The notes beneath the pieces are model-generated. The model was not told where the DNA came from, did no database searches, and was given only the letters and a program-made list of their open reading frames with translations. DNA of 64,000 nucleotides from a virus (taxonomy: Duplodnaviria > Caudoviricetes), in IMG/VR virus record IMGVR_UViG_3300028833_000058. One strand, 5' to 3'. Shown here one piece after another: positions 1-10,673 of this stretch; the stretch's first letter is position 1, and each line of letters begins with the position of its first letter. The translations under genes were made by a program, and so were the position numbers.

Positions 1-2283
1 GACAGTAATTTCGCTACTTTGTCTGATATACCTACAGATAACAATCAATTAAACAATGGTGCTGGGTATCAGACTTATGATGATGTTCAAAATGCTATTT
101 CTGGCAAACAAGATATTTTGACTGCTGGAACTGGTATAGACATAACAAACAATGTAATCTCAAGCACACAATCAAGTGCTGAATGGGGAAATATTAGCGG
201 TACTCTTTCAGACCAGACAGATTTACAAGATGCTTTAGACGATAAACAAGACATTCTTACAGCTGGTACTGGTATTGATATTACAAGTGATATTATTTCC
301 ATTGATGGAGAAGAAGCTGAGTTAGTAGATTTACCAGTTGTTAACGATGCTGTTTTAACAATTGAACAAAATAATACACAAATAGGAACATTTAGTGCTA
401 ACGCTAGTAGTAACGTTACAATTAATATTTCTGTACCTACTGACGTTAGTGATTTAAACAATGATTCTGGATACCAAACATACAGCGATGTAGAAAGTAT
501 GGTTTCTGGTAAGCAAGACGAATTAACAGCTGGTACAGGAATAGATATAACAAACAATGTGATTTCTTGTACACAGTCAAATGCAGAATGGGGTAACATA
601 ACAGGTACGTTGTCTGACCAGACAGATTTACAAGATGCCTTAAATGATAAGCAAGATACTCTTACGGCTGGTCTTGGTATCAGTATTAGTGGAAACACAA
701 TATCCACTAATAATAAAATGGCCATAGCCACATCTTTGGCAACTGTGGCTACATCTGGTGATTATAATGACTTGTTAAATAAACCTACGATACCGACAAA
801 TACTTCTGACTTGAATAATGATGAAGGTTTTATTACACATATCGATTCAACTGACGTAACAACAGCTCTTGGTTATACACCTTATGATAGTTCAAATCCA
901 GATGGATATACTACAAACGTTGGTACAGTAACAAGTGTAAACAATAGTTCTCCAGATTCTAACGGTAATGTAACATTATCAATTCCAGCAGCACAAGTAA
1001 ATTCAGACTGGGATGCTGTAAGTGGTGTTGCTCAAATTCTTAATAAACCAACTCTTGGAACTATGGCAGCTGAAACAGCTTCAGATTATACTAAAACATC
1101 TGGACTTGCTACAGTTGCAACGAGTGGTGCTTATAGTGATTTAAGTGGAACACCAACTGTTGACCAATCTTATTCTGGTGTTTCTACAAATGCTCAATCT
1201 GGTGTTGCTGTTAAATCTGCTATTGACGCTGCCATTGCTTCTGTTTATAAACCAGCTGGTTCTGTTGCTTTTGCTTCATTAGTTAATCCATCATCTGCAA
1301 CAGAAGGTTATGTTTACAATATTACAGATGATTTTACAACAGACAATAGATTTATAGAAGGTTCTGGTGTTTCTTATCCTGCTGGTACAAACATTGTTGT
1401 AATAAATACAACTGGAACAACATATAAGTTCGATGTATTAGTTGGTTTCATTGATTTATCTGGATATACACCATCTTCTCGTACAATTAATGGTAAAGCT
1501 CTAACTTCAAATATTAGTTTAACAGCTAGTGATGTTGGAGCTGTTTATACTGCTGGTACTGGTATTGTGGTTAGTAACAATGAGGTTAGTGCAGACGCTT
1601 TAGCTGTTCAAGAATTAGATACAGAACAAACAAGTGAAATTACATTAGCTACAGTTGCTACAAGTGGTAGTTATGAAGATTTATCTAACAAGCCGACAAT
1701 ACCTGCCGCAACATCTCAATTGACGAATGATAGCGGATTTATAACAGGAATTACCTCAAATAATGTAATAACTGCTTTAGGATATACTCCGTATAACTCT
1801 AGTAATCCGAGCGGTTATCAAGCTAACGTAATTGAAACGGTTAAAGTCAATGGTACAGCTTTAACTCCGACAAATAAAGCCGTAGACATCATTGTTCCAA
1901 GTGCCGTTACAGAGGCAACTGTTAGTGGTTGGGGATTTACTAAAAATGTTGGTACAGTAACATCTGTAAATAACAGTTCACCTGACGCAAATGGTAACGT
2001 AAGTCTTACAATTCCAACAGTAGACCAAACGTATTCATCAAGTTCTACCAATGCTCAATCTGGTACGGCTGTAGCAAGTGCTATTAGTGGAAAACAAGAT
2101 AGTAGCACAGCTGTTACACATACTAGTTCTACAGCAGTAGGTAGTACATCACAACCTGTTTACATTGCAAGTAACGGTAAAGCTACAGCTATTAGTTATA
2201 AATTCTGGGTAGGAACTCAAACTGAATATAATAACATACAAACAAAAGACAGTAGTACAATTTACTTCATTAAAGCTTCTTAG
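1..2283 (+). CDS. Tail fibre protein with internal repeats (5' partial)
   Basis: The frame is open from base 1, so the TTG at 19 is probably internal. Repeated KQDxLTAGTGIDITNNVIS, WGNIxGTLSDQTDLQDAL, LATVATSGxYxDL and VGTVTSVNNSSPDxNGNV motifs; C-terminal WVGTQTEYNNIQTKDSSTIYFI is typical of phage fibre ends. Confidence 0.8.
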   Translation, partial: DSNFATLSDIPTDNNQLNNGAGYQTYDDVQNAISGKQDILTAGTGIDITNNVISSTQSSAEWGNISGTLSDQTDLQDALDDKQDILTAGTGIDITSDIISIDGEEAELVDLPVVNDAVLTIEQNNTQIGTFSANASSNVTINISVPTDVSDLNNDSGYQTYSDVESMVSGKQDELTAGTGIDITNNVISCTQSNAEWGNITGTLSDQTDLQDALNDKQDTLTAGLGISISGNTISTNNKMAIATSLATVATSGDYNDLLNKPTIPTNTSDLNNDEGFITHIDSTDVTTALGYTPYDSSNPDGYTTNVGTVTSVNNSSPDSNGNVTLSIPAAQVNSDWDAVSGVAQILNKPTLGTMAAETASDYTKTSGLATVATSGAYSDLSGTPTVDQSYSGVSTNAQSGVAVKSAIDAAIASVYKPAGSVAFASLVNPSSATEGYVYNITDDFTTDNRFIEGSGVSYPAGTNIVVINTTGTTYKFDVLVGFIDLSGYTPSSRTINGKALTSNISLTASDVGAVYTAGTGIVVSNNEVSADALAVQELDTEQTSEITLATVATSGSYEDLSNKPTIPAATSQLTNDSGFITGITSNNVITALGYTPYNSSNPSGYQANVIETVKVNGTALTPTNKAVDIIVPSAVTEATVSGWGFTKNVGTVTSVNNSSPDANGNVSLTIPTVDQTYSSSSTNAQSGTAVASAISGKQDSSTAVTHTSSTAVGSTSQPVYIASNGKATAISYKFWVGTQTEYNNIQTKDSSTIYFIKAS
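106..690 (+). repeat. Intragenic imperfect direct repeats in the tail fibre gene (about 150 bp unit at about 106-260 and 511-665)
   Basis: Near-identical peptide blocks and shared DNA such as gaccagacagatttacaagatgc at about 211 and 616. Confidence 0.8.
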
Positions 2284-2291
2284 GAGTCAAT

Positions 2292-2960
2292 ATGTCAGTC
2301 ATTGCAGATTTATCTAATGTAGACAGTATTTATTTTGGTACAACAGAGATTGTTGGAGCTTATGTAGGTACAGATTTATTGTATCAAAAAAGTACGTCTC
2401 CTTATCAAATTGATGAAGTGGTTTTTCAACGTTCTACATCTGGTACAGAAACATTGAATTTGTTAGCTACTGGTAAATACGAAGTGTACTGTATTGCTGG
2501 CGGTGGTGGTGCCGTTTCTATAACTGGTGGTTTCTTCGCTATGGGTGTAGGAGGAGGTTCTGGTTCTGGTTTTGTTGGTATAATCAACATGACACAAGGT
2601 ACTTATAGTTTAACTGTTGGTAGTGGTGGTACCGCATTATCAACAAGTTCTCAAAGCGGTGTAGCTGGTAGTGGTGGAAACTCTTCAATAGGAACGTTAG
2701 TAACTGCTTATGGAGGAGGAGGTGGTAACGCTGGTAATGGTAGTGGTGCTGCTGGTACTGCTCCTAGTATAACTGCTACTATAATTTCATATACTGTAAA
2801 TCGTGCAGGTAATTCTGGTAATCGTAGTAGTGCTGCAGGTGGAACAACAGGTGGTGCTTCTGTATATAGTACATATGGAAAAGGTGGAGATTATTCACAA
2901 GGTAGTAGTCCAGCAAATGGTACAGCTGGTTTTGTAAAGATTGTATATAAAGGTACGTAG
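2292..2960 (+). CDS. Glycine-rich tail-fibre tip/adhesin-like protein
   Basis: N-terminal IYFGTTEIVGAYVGTDLLYQ motif, then a Gly-rich domain (IAGGGG...GGGSG...GxxGFVKIVY). AGGAG RBS; directly follows the fibre gene. Confidence 0.7.
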   Translation: MSVIADLSNVDSIYFGTTEIVGAYVGTDLLYQKSTSPYQIDEVVFQRSTSGTETLNLLATGKYEVYCIAGGGGAVSITGGFFAMGVGGGSGSGFVGIINMTQGTYSLTVGSGGTALSTSSQSGVAGSGGNSSIGTLVTAYGGGGGNAGNGSGAAGTAPSITATIISYTVNRAGNSGNRSSAAGGTTGGASVYSTYGKGGDYSQGSSPANGTAGFVKIVYKGT

Positions 2961-2969
2961 GAGTTATAA

Positions 2970-4400
2970 ATGACAAAAATTCAAGTCAATTCTCAAGGAA
3001 AAGCTTATTTATCAAGTGCTGGAAAGGTTCTCGTATCTTCGGGTGCTGGAACTGGTGGTGATACCGTAACTATTGCTGGAAGTGATATACCATACGGTCA
3101 AAAGGCTTTGATAAGATTTGATACATCTAAACAGCCTTATTTAACTCATTATTACAATGCTTACACTTATACAGGTGCCTCAAATGGAGACGGTACTTTT
3201 AAAATAGCTTTACCCGACCCGTTACCGTATTTACAGAACTATATAGTAAATGGCAGCATAACTATTTCAGATGACCTTGATGGTACTGGTTGGAGTTCTT
3301 CAAACTATTTAAGCAACATTATAGAACCGTCACAAGAGGTAAATCTTGAAATAATCGGTAAAGTTAACTTCTCATCAGGCACAGGTGTTAGGGTTATTTG
3401 TCCATACGCTGCTATGAGTTCAAGGGGCTTGTTTACATACTTTGATTCAAATACTTCTTGGGATAGAGCAGCAACTGAAAGAAGTATGTCTACTTATACT
3501 TTTTATTGGTTTAGAGTTAGAATTATTAATGGCATTGCTATCGGTTGGACACTTAAGGATAATGGATATGTAGAAGGCACATTGCCTGACATTGATAGTT
3601 GGACAGGACATTTTGTTACAAATAAAAATACCGAAAATTTAGCTGTAACAATCGGTAAAACTTTTGGCTCTAATGGTATAAACTGGAACGAGAAAATCGT
3701 ATTGGGCACTTTAAAAATTTATAACTTGAATATTGAAAACGGTACAAAACAGTTAATGTGGCAAATGTACAGTCCGTTTAATCTAACTTTACCAGATATG
3801 ACAAAGTATATACCGAGTGGGGATTGGTACATTAAGTCAGGTCAAGGCACTCCTATTAATAGTCCACACCCGTTAGGATTTAGAAAAGGTTTTGATGATT
3901 TTTATAGAGATAGTTCAACATCTTTATATCCCTGTGCAAAAACCTTTAGGTGGAATTTAGCAGGTGCTAAATCAATTTATTGTAAGGGACATTTCAAAAC
4001 TCCGTCAACTTGGGTGTCTAATGTACATCAACCTATTCTAGCGTATACTACCACTAATTACGCTAACCCTGTATATGTTTATAGCGATATGAATGACCAC
4101 ACTTTATCTGGCTCTTTTGGAAATATTATTCCTGTTGAAATGTCAACAAATACCGAATACTGGTTTGAAGCAACTTTAGATAGTCAGGGCAATAGAACTC
4201 ATAAATATTCAACAGACGGTGTAAACTGGACAACGAATACTGAAACAGTTGCAGCTCCAACTTGGGAAGATTACACAGATATTCCTACTGTTGGTTATTG
4301 GGGTGTTGGTAAATTTACTTGGCGTGGTACAATATATGATGTAGAGTGTGGCTACGTTGACGCTAATGATGAAACACACACATTTAAGCTGTGGAAGTAA
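2970..4400 (+). CDS. Putative receptor-binding/virion protein with lectin-like beta-sandwich modules
   Basis: Shared N-terminal MTKIQVNSQGKAYL motif; TxYWF and YSTDGVNW signatures also seen in neighbouring genes. Confidence 0.55.
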   Translation: MTKIQVNSQGKAYLSSAGKVLVSSGAGTGGDTVTIAGSDIPYGQKALIRFDTSKQPYLTHYYNAYTYTGASNGDGTFKIALPDPLPYLQNYIVNGSITISDDLDGTGWSSSNYLSNIIEPSQEVNLEIIGKVNFSSGTGVRVICPYAAMSSRGLFTYFDSNTSWDRAATERSMSTYTFYWFRVRIINGIAIGWTLKDNGYVEGTLPDIDSWTGHFVTNKNTENLAVTIGKTFGSNGINWNEKIVLGTLKIYNLNIENGTKQLMWQMYSPFNLTLPDMTKYIPSGDWYIKSGQGTPINSPHPLGFRKGFDDFYRDSSTSLYPCAKTFRWNLAGAKSIYCKGHFKTPSTWVSNVHQPILAYTTTNYANPVYVYSDMNDHTLSGSFGNIIPVEMSTNTEYWFEATLDSQGNRTHKYSTDGVNWTTNTETVAAPTWEDYTDIPTVGYWGVGKFTWRGTIYDVECGYVDANDETHTFKLWK

Positions 4401-4472
4401 ACAACATATAACTAATTAACTAATAAAACAGTGAGAACCATAACAAAAACGTAAACATATTTTGATATTTTA

Positions 4473-4479
4473 AGTTCTA
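4473..4479 (+). promoter_or_regulatory. AGTTCTA motif, candidate late promoter
   Basis: Intergenic, about 48 nt before ATG 4527; the same motif recurs before many structural genes. Confidence 0.55.
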
Positions 4480-4526
4480 ATGTAATAGCTATATGACTAT
4501 ATTCAATCCATGGAGAATATATAAGA

Positions 4527-4769
4527 ATGTTAAAAGTAATAACCGATTTAGAGGGTAATGTATATCTTGATAACGGCCAAGCTCTTTTGATAGATGTAAG
4601 TGGTGAGGAATCAGGAAGTAGTGCTGGTAGCCCAACTGCTCAAGAAATTATGGACGCTACTAACAATGTTAATGCAATACTTAAATCAACAGAAGGCCAA
4701 CCAATCCCTGATGATTCTCTAGTGATTGCACAAAGTATTTCAAAATTACAAAATATCATAGGAGATTAG
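4527..4769 (+). CDS. Small virion-associated protein carrying the shared N-terminal motif
   Basis: MLKVITDLEGNVYLDNGQALL followed by a Ser/Gly linker and a helical tail; GGAG RBS. Confidence 0.55.
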   Translation: MLKVITDLEGNVYLDNGQALLIDVSGEESGSSAGSPTAQEIMDATNNVNAILKSTEGQPIPDDSLVIAQSISKLQNIIGD

Positions 4770-4772
4770 TTT

Positions 4773-5867
4773 ATGACTGCATTATTAGATTTAATTGATG
4801 AAATTGAAGATATAAAAGGCGATTTAAGAACTGCTATTAACAATAAAGGTGGTTCTTTAACAAGTTCTACACCATTTGCAAATTATGTTACTGCTGTTGA
4901 CAATTTACCAACAGCAGAAGCAGTATTAGCAAAAACGTTATCAGGTGCACAAACTTTCAATGTACAGACGTTAGGTGATTGTGGTTTAAGTAATAACCAT
5001 GAAATGACATCAATATCTTTACCGAATTGTATACACATGGGTGAAAGATGTATACAAAATTGTGGAAGTTTATTATCTGCTTCTATACCATCTTATGAGG
5101 GTGCTACTTTAACTCTTACTGACAATGGTGACGTACAAGTTAATTACAATGGTGGACATTACTGTTTCGAATATTGTATTAATTTAACTACAGCATATTT
5201 ACCATCTTTAAAAATCATGCCATCAGACTTTTTTGCAGATTGTAGGTCTCTTACAACATTTACTGCTCCCAATCTATACGGAATGGCTGGTAACGCTTTT
5301 AGAGAGTATGAAGAACAGACACCAGTCTATCGTAGGGTTACTGCATATGACCAAATTAAAGCATTTGGTTTAAACTTTATGAATTATAGATATTTAGAAT
5401 CAATGACAGATGTATTGAGAAACTACATTAGGGATACAGATAATAACGTTACAGATACATTAACATTTAATAATTTACAATATTGTCGTGAATTGTTTAG
5501 ATATGAAGATTGGGATAATCCAGCAGACCCACTTTATGCTATTACAACTGTAAATGTTCCAGATTTAAGACAAATTGGAGACTGGTCAAACAATAGATGG
5601 AGAGTTCAAACGTTGAACTTACCTAAAATAAGAAGACTTAATAACCACTCTTTTGATGGTTGTGATAATTTAACAACTATTACAATTGGTAGTAAAATAA
5701 AATATATTGCATGGGAAGCATTTTCTAATTGTCAAAATGTAGAAACGGTTAACATTGACATTGATGAAAATACACAAGACCAAGAGATTATTAATAATGT
5801 TATTAATACAGCTCCATGGGGATTAGACCAATCTGTAACAATCAACTGGACAGGTTCAGAAGAATAA
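4773..5867 (+). CDS. BspA/TpLRR-type leucine-rich repeat protein
   Basis: Repeats such as SISLPNCIHMGERCIQNCGSL, FDGCDNLTTITIGSKIKYIAWEAFSNCQN and a terminal APWG; N-terminal IEDIKGDLRTAINNKGG helix as in phage fibre adaptors. Confidence 0.8.
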   Translation: MTALLDLIDEIEDIKGDLRTAINNKGGSLTSSTPFANYVTAVDNLPTAEAVLAKTLSGAQTFNVQTLGDCGLSNNHEMTSISLPNCIHMGERCIQNCGSLLSASIPSYEGATLTLTDNGDVQVNYNGGHYCFEYCINLTTAYLPSLKIMPSDFFADCRSLTTFTAPNLYGMAGNAFREYEEQTPVYRRVTAYDQIKAFGLNFMNYRYLESMTDVLRNYIRDTDNNVTDTLTFNNLQYCRELFRYEDWDNPADPLYAITTVNVPDLRQIGDWSNNRWRVQTLNLPKIRRLNNHSFDGCDNLTTITIGSKIKYIAWEAFSNCQNVETVNIDIDENTQDQEIINNVINTAPWGLDQSVTINWTGSEE

Positions 5868-5891
5868 TTAAAGTCATATAGGAATAGATAG

Positions 5892-6746
5892 ATGACGAAA
5901 CTGTTAACAAATGCACAAGGAAAAGTTCTTCTTGCTAACAATAAAGCTTTTCTTTCTCCTGGCGAGAAGTATGGTTGTGGAATAGACAATTTGTTAGGTG
6001 ATGTGGACTCAAGTGGTGTGTTACAATTACCATCTGAACAAGTTAATGGGCTTACGTTCACTGGTGTTAAAGATATTAGTTATCGTGGGTTATATTATAA
6101 ATTTGCTAGTTGTCAAAACATAACTGGTTTAGTAAGCTTTCCAGATTTAGAGCAAATCACTGGTGCTAATGCTATATATTTTGCATTTGAGAATAGTGGT
6201 ATAACAGGTGTATCTTGTCCTAAACTTACAGCAGTGAGTAATGCTCAAGGATATGCATTTCAAGGATGTACAAATTTAACGAGTGTTTCTTTCCCATTGT
6301 TAGCTAACATAAGTAGTGGATATGCTTGTAATTCTTGGTTTGGAAGTTGTACTTCTCTTACCACTATAGAATTTCCAGAATTACTTGGTTTTGCACAATA
6401 TACTTATGATGGCTTTTACAATATATTTAACGATTGTACTAGTTTAACAACAGTTCGTTTTCCAAAATTAACAAACTTAGATGCTAACAAATGTATGGAA
6501 CAAGCTTTTAATGGATGTACAAGTCTTGAGAATGTATATTTCAATGGATTAACAACATCTTCTTTTGGAAGCAGTTTCAAAACTCAATTTACCAATTTGA
6601 TGAGAAACACAGGTGATTCTACAACACATACTTTACACTTTCCGTCAAACTTACAGTCAACTATAGCAACACTGTCTGGTTATCCGTTATTTGGTGGAAC
6701 AGATGGATATGTTACATTAGCATTTGACCTTACAGCTACTTCATAG
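5892..6746 (+). CDS. BspA-type LRR protein, putative receptor-binding protein
   Basis: AFQGCTNLTSVSFPLL, FGSCTSLTTIEFPEL and FNDCTSLTTVRFPKL repeats; shared N-terminal motif. Confidence 0.8.
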   Translation: MTKLLTNAQGKVLLANNKAFLSPGEKYGCGIDNLLGDVDSSGVLQLPSEQVNGLTFTGVKDISYRGLYYKFASCQNITGLVSFPDLEQITGANAIYFAFENSGITGVSCPKLTAVSNAQGYAFQGCTNLTSVSFPLLANISSGYACNSWFGSCTSLTTIEFPELLGFAQYTYDGFYNIFNDCTSLTTVRFPKLTNLDANKCMEQAFNGCTSLENVYFNGLTTSSFGSSFKTQFTNLMRNTGDSTTHTLHFPSNLQSTIATLSGYPLFGGTDGYVTLAFDLTATS

Positions 6747-6756
6747 GAATAATTAA

Positions 6757-9063
6757 ATGACAAAAGTAATCACAAACGCACAAGGTAAAGCATACGTTAC
6801 TTCAAACGGAAAAGCAATAGCTACATCTGGTGGTGGCGGTGGCGAATGGGACGGCTGGATTGAAACAGATGAATATGGTATAATGCCAGATATTAAATTA
6901 AGAACATCTTCTGCGTTAACAACAGTTGATACAGGAAACATGAATGAACGTTATAGATATGTTCCAATTTCTATAGCCAATCTGTCAAGTATCAGAAGTG
7001 TTACATCCAGAGGATTATGGGAAACATTTTCTGATAACTATCGTTTAAGAACTGTCAACATAAGTAATTTAACTTCAATAACAGGTTATGAAGCTCTAAG
7101 AGGAACATTCAGAAGTTGCTCTAATTTATCATCTATAGATGTATCTCATATTGCAACAGCTACAGGGTTAAGATGTTTACATTACACGTTTGGTGACGAT
7201 TGTGGTGTTACTTCATTAAATTTTAGTTCTTTATCAAATTGTGCAGGTGATAGTGTATTCGCTGAGATGTGTAGATATAACACAAGAATGGCTAACATAT
7301 CTTTTCCAGCTCTTACAACAAATTCTTTTGGTAATTACACAAGCCAATTTGATAACATGTTATATGGTGTAACGGGATGTACTGTACATTTTCCAGTTGA
7401 CATAAAGCCGTTAACAATAAATTGGAATAGTTTTGCAAATGGGTTTGGTGGAGTAAATACACATATAATGTATGACATCGGTGGCGGTATAGTTGATTTT
7501 ACTACTAACCCAAACAACGTTGTTCATCTATACGCATTTTATGAAGATTACACTAATGGTCAAAGTTATCAAAACTTTGTAAAAGTAGGTTCTGTTAATG
7601 TAAACAGAACTACAGGTCATTGTAGTGGTTTCAATACTGATAATTATCTTCAACTGCCTGATACTTATAGTTCTGAATCCGAAACAATAGAAACAAAGAT
7701 ATGTTTTACGACAAGTAATAATACTGGAGATACTCAATCTTTGTGGTATGGTAATAGAGACGATAATTCTTCTAGTGTTAACATAATAAGTGGTGAAATA
7801 TATTTTTGTCATAAACAAGAAGGTGGTGGTCCAGAATATAAGGGAACTGGTCTTTATGTATCAACTAATACAAAGTATTATCTAAAATTGGTAGAAACAT
7901 CTAATACTGTTACACCTTATCTTTCGACAGATGATACAAATTATACACAAGGTAATGATTTTTATCGTGAGTATCCATTTGGTATAAATATAGGTCAAGG
8001 TAGTAATAACGATGACCCATACACTTATTTCACTGGTTCATATGAATTATCTGATTGTTATATAAAAATTGGTTCAACTGTTGTTTGGTCACCTCTTGGT
8101 AATGATACATCAAATCATCTTTCTATCTATGCTCCAGCTGACCAAAATCTTACTTATGTAGCTCATTATGAAACAGCTAATGTTATTTATTATGGTACGG
8201 TTACTGGTATAGTTGAAGGTGAAACAACATATGTTAATGTTCCATTGCCAACTCAAAACGATAGCACTTTCCAAATAAATATAACAAATGACCCAGGTAT
8301 CCAAGAAATGACTTTGGACCTTGGTGAGGGTGCTGTAATAACATTAGGGTTAACTTCTGGTTCTTCACAAGTTGTAGGGTTAGAAAACGGTATTGGAAAA
8401 ACAATTCATTATACGATACCAGCTACATCAACGACAAGAAAGAAAATAGATTCTTTCACTATTCAAAGCGGTACGAATACAATTGATGTTACTTTGGAAC
8501 CAGGATTACAAGAAAATTTCACAATTCTAGGTAGTCCAATTGTAACTGATGAGTATGTTGCTTCAAGATTTGATTCAAATAACCATTTATTGGCAACACT
8601 TTCTAACATACCTTCTGATGGATTTGATTTAATCATGCATTGGAATTTAACCAATAACGACTATTGTCCAGCGTTTGGTTCCATATCAAATGGAGCCTGG
8701 TGGGGTTCATTCCCAAATGGCGTAGGTATGTTTACTGGTGGTTACGACTGTAGTGACTGGAACACGAGAAATGGTAAGGGCTGGTATCTATATAGACAAA
8801 CAAATTCAGAGTTTTTAATATACTATTTGCAAGACGATTATGATACTTACACACTAAGTACTTTACCAAATGTATCTGATTGGACTTTCATTGCATCAGG
8901 AAGTGATACAGGTATATTATCAAATGGTGATTATCGTATAGGTATGAATCCAGACCTTGGATATGATTATCAATATTTCCGTGGTTACATTTATCTTGAA
9001 GATATGGTAATTAGAGATACATCTAATGGTACAATATACTGGAGAGCAGTAGGGACATTTTAA
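6757..9063 (+). CDS. LRR plus two lectin-like modules, putative receptor-binding protein
   Basis: LRRs in the N-terminal third, then two SxFxxxNxL...FxGxxxLxDxxI...W modules; shared N-terminal motif; paralogue of 22859-25168. Confidence 0.7.
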   Translation: MTKVITNAQGKAYVTSNGKAIATSGGGGGEWDGWIETDEYGIMPDIKLRTSSALTTVDTGNMNERYRYVPISIANLSSIRSVTSRGLWETFSDNYRLRTVNISNLTSITGYEALRGTFRSCSNLSSIDVSHIATATGLRCLHYTFGDDCGVTSLNFSSLSNCAGDSVFAEMCRYNTRMANISFPALTTNSFGNYTSQFDNMLYGVTGCTVHFPVDIKPLTINWNSFANGFGGVNTHIMYDIGGGIVDFTTNPNNVVHLYAFYEDYTNGQSYQNFVKVGSVNVNRTTGHCSGFNTDNYLQLPDTYSSESETIETKICFTTSNNTGDTQSLWYGNRDDNSSSVNIISGEIYFCHKQEGGGPEYKGTGLYVSTNTKYYLKLVETSNTVTPYLSTDDTNYTQGNDFYREYPFGINIGQGSNNDDPYTYFTGSYELSDCYIKIGSTVVWSPLGNDTSNHLSIYAPADQNLTYVAHYETANVIYYGTVTGIVEGETTYVNVPLPTQNDSTFQINITNDPGIQEMTLDLGEGAVITLGLTSGSSQVVGLENGIGKTIHYTIPATSTTRKKIDSFTIQSGTNTIDVTLEPGLQENFTILGSPIVTDEYVASRFDSNNHLLATLSNIPSDGFDLIMHWNLTNNDYCPAFGSISNGAWWGSFPNGVGMFTGGYDCSDWNTRNGKGWYLYRQTNSEFLIYYLQDDYDTYTLSTLPNVSDWTFIASGSDTGILSNGDYRIGMNPDLGYDYQYFRGYIYLEDMVIRDTSNGTIYWRAVGTF

Positions 9064-9080
9064 TTCTATTGGGGTAGAAT

Positions 9081-10673
9081 ATGAGCGAAACAAAAGTACA
9101 AGCAAATTCACAAGGTAAGTTATACATATCCAACGGAAGACTTTTATCATCTTCTTCTGGGGGTTCATCTGGTGTTATCGATTCATTAAACGTCACACCA
9201 ACGACATCTGCTCAAACTATTACGGCTTCTGGCGGTGTTGACGGTTATTCTCCTATTAACGTAAGTGCTGTAACAAATTCAATAGATTCAAACATTGTTG
9301 CTGAGAATATTAAAGACGGTGTTACTATCTTGGGCGTAACTGGTAACTATCAAGGCTGTGATACCATATACTTACCGAATGAATCAGGTGCAACGATTAA
9401 TGCAGGTGATAAGGTATTGTTCACGCTTGGTACAAATGATTCAGCAGGTGCGGAAACCTTTACAACTGTATATAAATCAAGTTTACCTACATATAGTCCT
9501 ATTTGTATTCTTGATAATTATTCCTTTATTATTGCAGGTAGGTCAGACTCTTCAACGTACAATGGATATTTATTTACAAAGGTGAATAACAGCTGGTTAC
9601 AAGGAAGTCTTAATAACATTTATACTACAGTAGGTGCTAATTCTGTTTTCCAATATTTTGAGAATGGAGACATTATCAACAACAGCTATCGTAATGATTA
9701 TGAGGGATTTATTACATCTGTCGGAAGAAACAAAACAATACCTGGGAGAGATGATTGCAGATATATTGGAGATTATAACGGAACTTCATTTCTTATTTAT
9801 TGGTATTCTGGAAGTATTAGAGTTTGCACATGGGATAAAGCGGCAGGTACATATTCACAAGTGTTGGCAATAACAGATTTCTCCAGCAAAGATGGTTTAT
9901 ATAGAATATTTACCGATACATCCTTTGGTACGAGAATGATTGCAAACAATAATAAGAATTATAAAATCTATACCTTATCTGGTACAAGTACGTTTACACT
10001 TTTATCTCAAGGAAATATTGGTACAGATTCAAACATAACGTTTATTGGTGCAACAGGTCTAGCAACAGGTGATGTTGTGTTCGCAGTAGATAATTATACA
10101 TACAATTACAATGCTTATGCAATGGCTTCTGGAACTATCCCATCAGCTTCTTCTCACTTATTCTGTTACAAGATGCAAAGTGATGGTTTGTTAGCTTATT
10201 ATGGAGACACACAGTTAAAATTGTTTGAGAACACACCGTGCTACGTTGCTTATGACAACCGTTCAAATATTCTCTCAATCGGTACAAAGGATGAAGTTTA
10301 CTTCTATGAGTTTGATACAACGAACAAAGCATTTAACAGAATCTCTGTATTTCATACTCCACTTCCGACACCGACAAGCAATGTACCTTTAAGAGTACAG
10401 ATGACACCTGATAAAAGTACGTTTGTGGTGTATGGTTATAGTTCTTCGGCAAACCCTGTATATGTTTACACAAACCAAGAATCTTATCAAAGGATTGTAC
10501 CAAACTCTCAATACTACTACGATTTAACAACATCATTTACAGGTATAGCAACAGGGGAAACTGACGAAGATGACAACTATGAAATCAGTACAGTTCTTCC
10601 ACCGATTGTTGATAGTAAGATTATAACAGACCTTGAGCCTGATGAAGTAATAATTAAGGGGAATGCAGAATGA
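9081..10673 (+). CDS. Putative tail appendage protein (beta-propeller-like central region)
   Basis: Shared N-terminal motif; SLNVTPTTSAQTIT...IDSNIVAENIKDGVTILGVTG fibre motif; beta-rich aromatic repeats. Confidence 0.55.
   Translation: MSETKVQANSQGKLYISNGRLLSSSSGGSSGVIDSLNVTPTTSAQTITASGGVDGYSPINVSAVTNSIDSNIVAENIKDGVTILGVTGNYQGCDTIYLPNESGATINAGDKVLFTLGTNDSAGAETFTTVYKSSLPTYSPICILDNYSFIIAGRSDSSTYNGYLFTKVNNSWLQGSLNNIYTTVGANSVFQYFENGDIINNSYRNDYEGFITSVGRNKTIPGRDDCRYIGDYNGTSFLIYWYSGSIRVCTWDKAAGTYSQVLAITDFSSKDGLYRIFTDTSFGTRMIANNNKNYKIYTLSGTSTFTLLSQGNIGTDSNITFIGATGLATGDVVFAVDNYTYNYNAYAMASGTIPSASSHLFCYKMQSDGLLAYYGDTQLKLFENTPCYVAYDNRSNILSIGTKDEVYFYEFDTTNKAFNRISVFHTPLPTPTSNVPLRVQMTPDKSTFVVYGYSSSANPVYVYTNQESYQRIVPNSQYYYDLTTSFTGIATGETDEDDNYEISTVLPPIVDSKIITDLEPDEVIIKGNAE

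Noticed and set aside
1-2283. Repeats in the first gene as a CRISPR array or mobile element
   Set aside because: The repeats are in-frame, degenerate and peptide-coding, with no constant repeat and unique spacer pattern.
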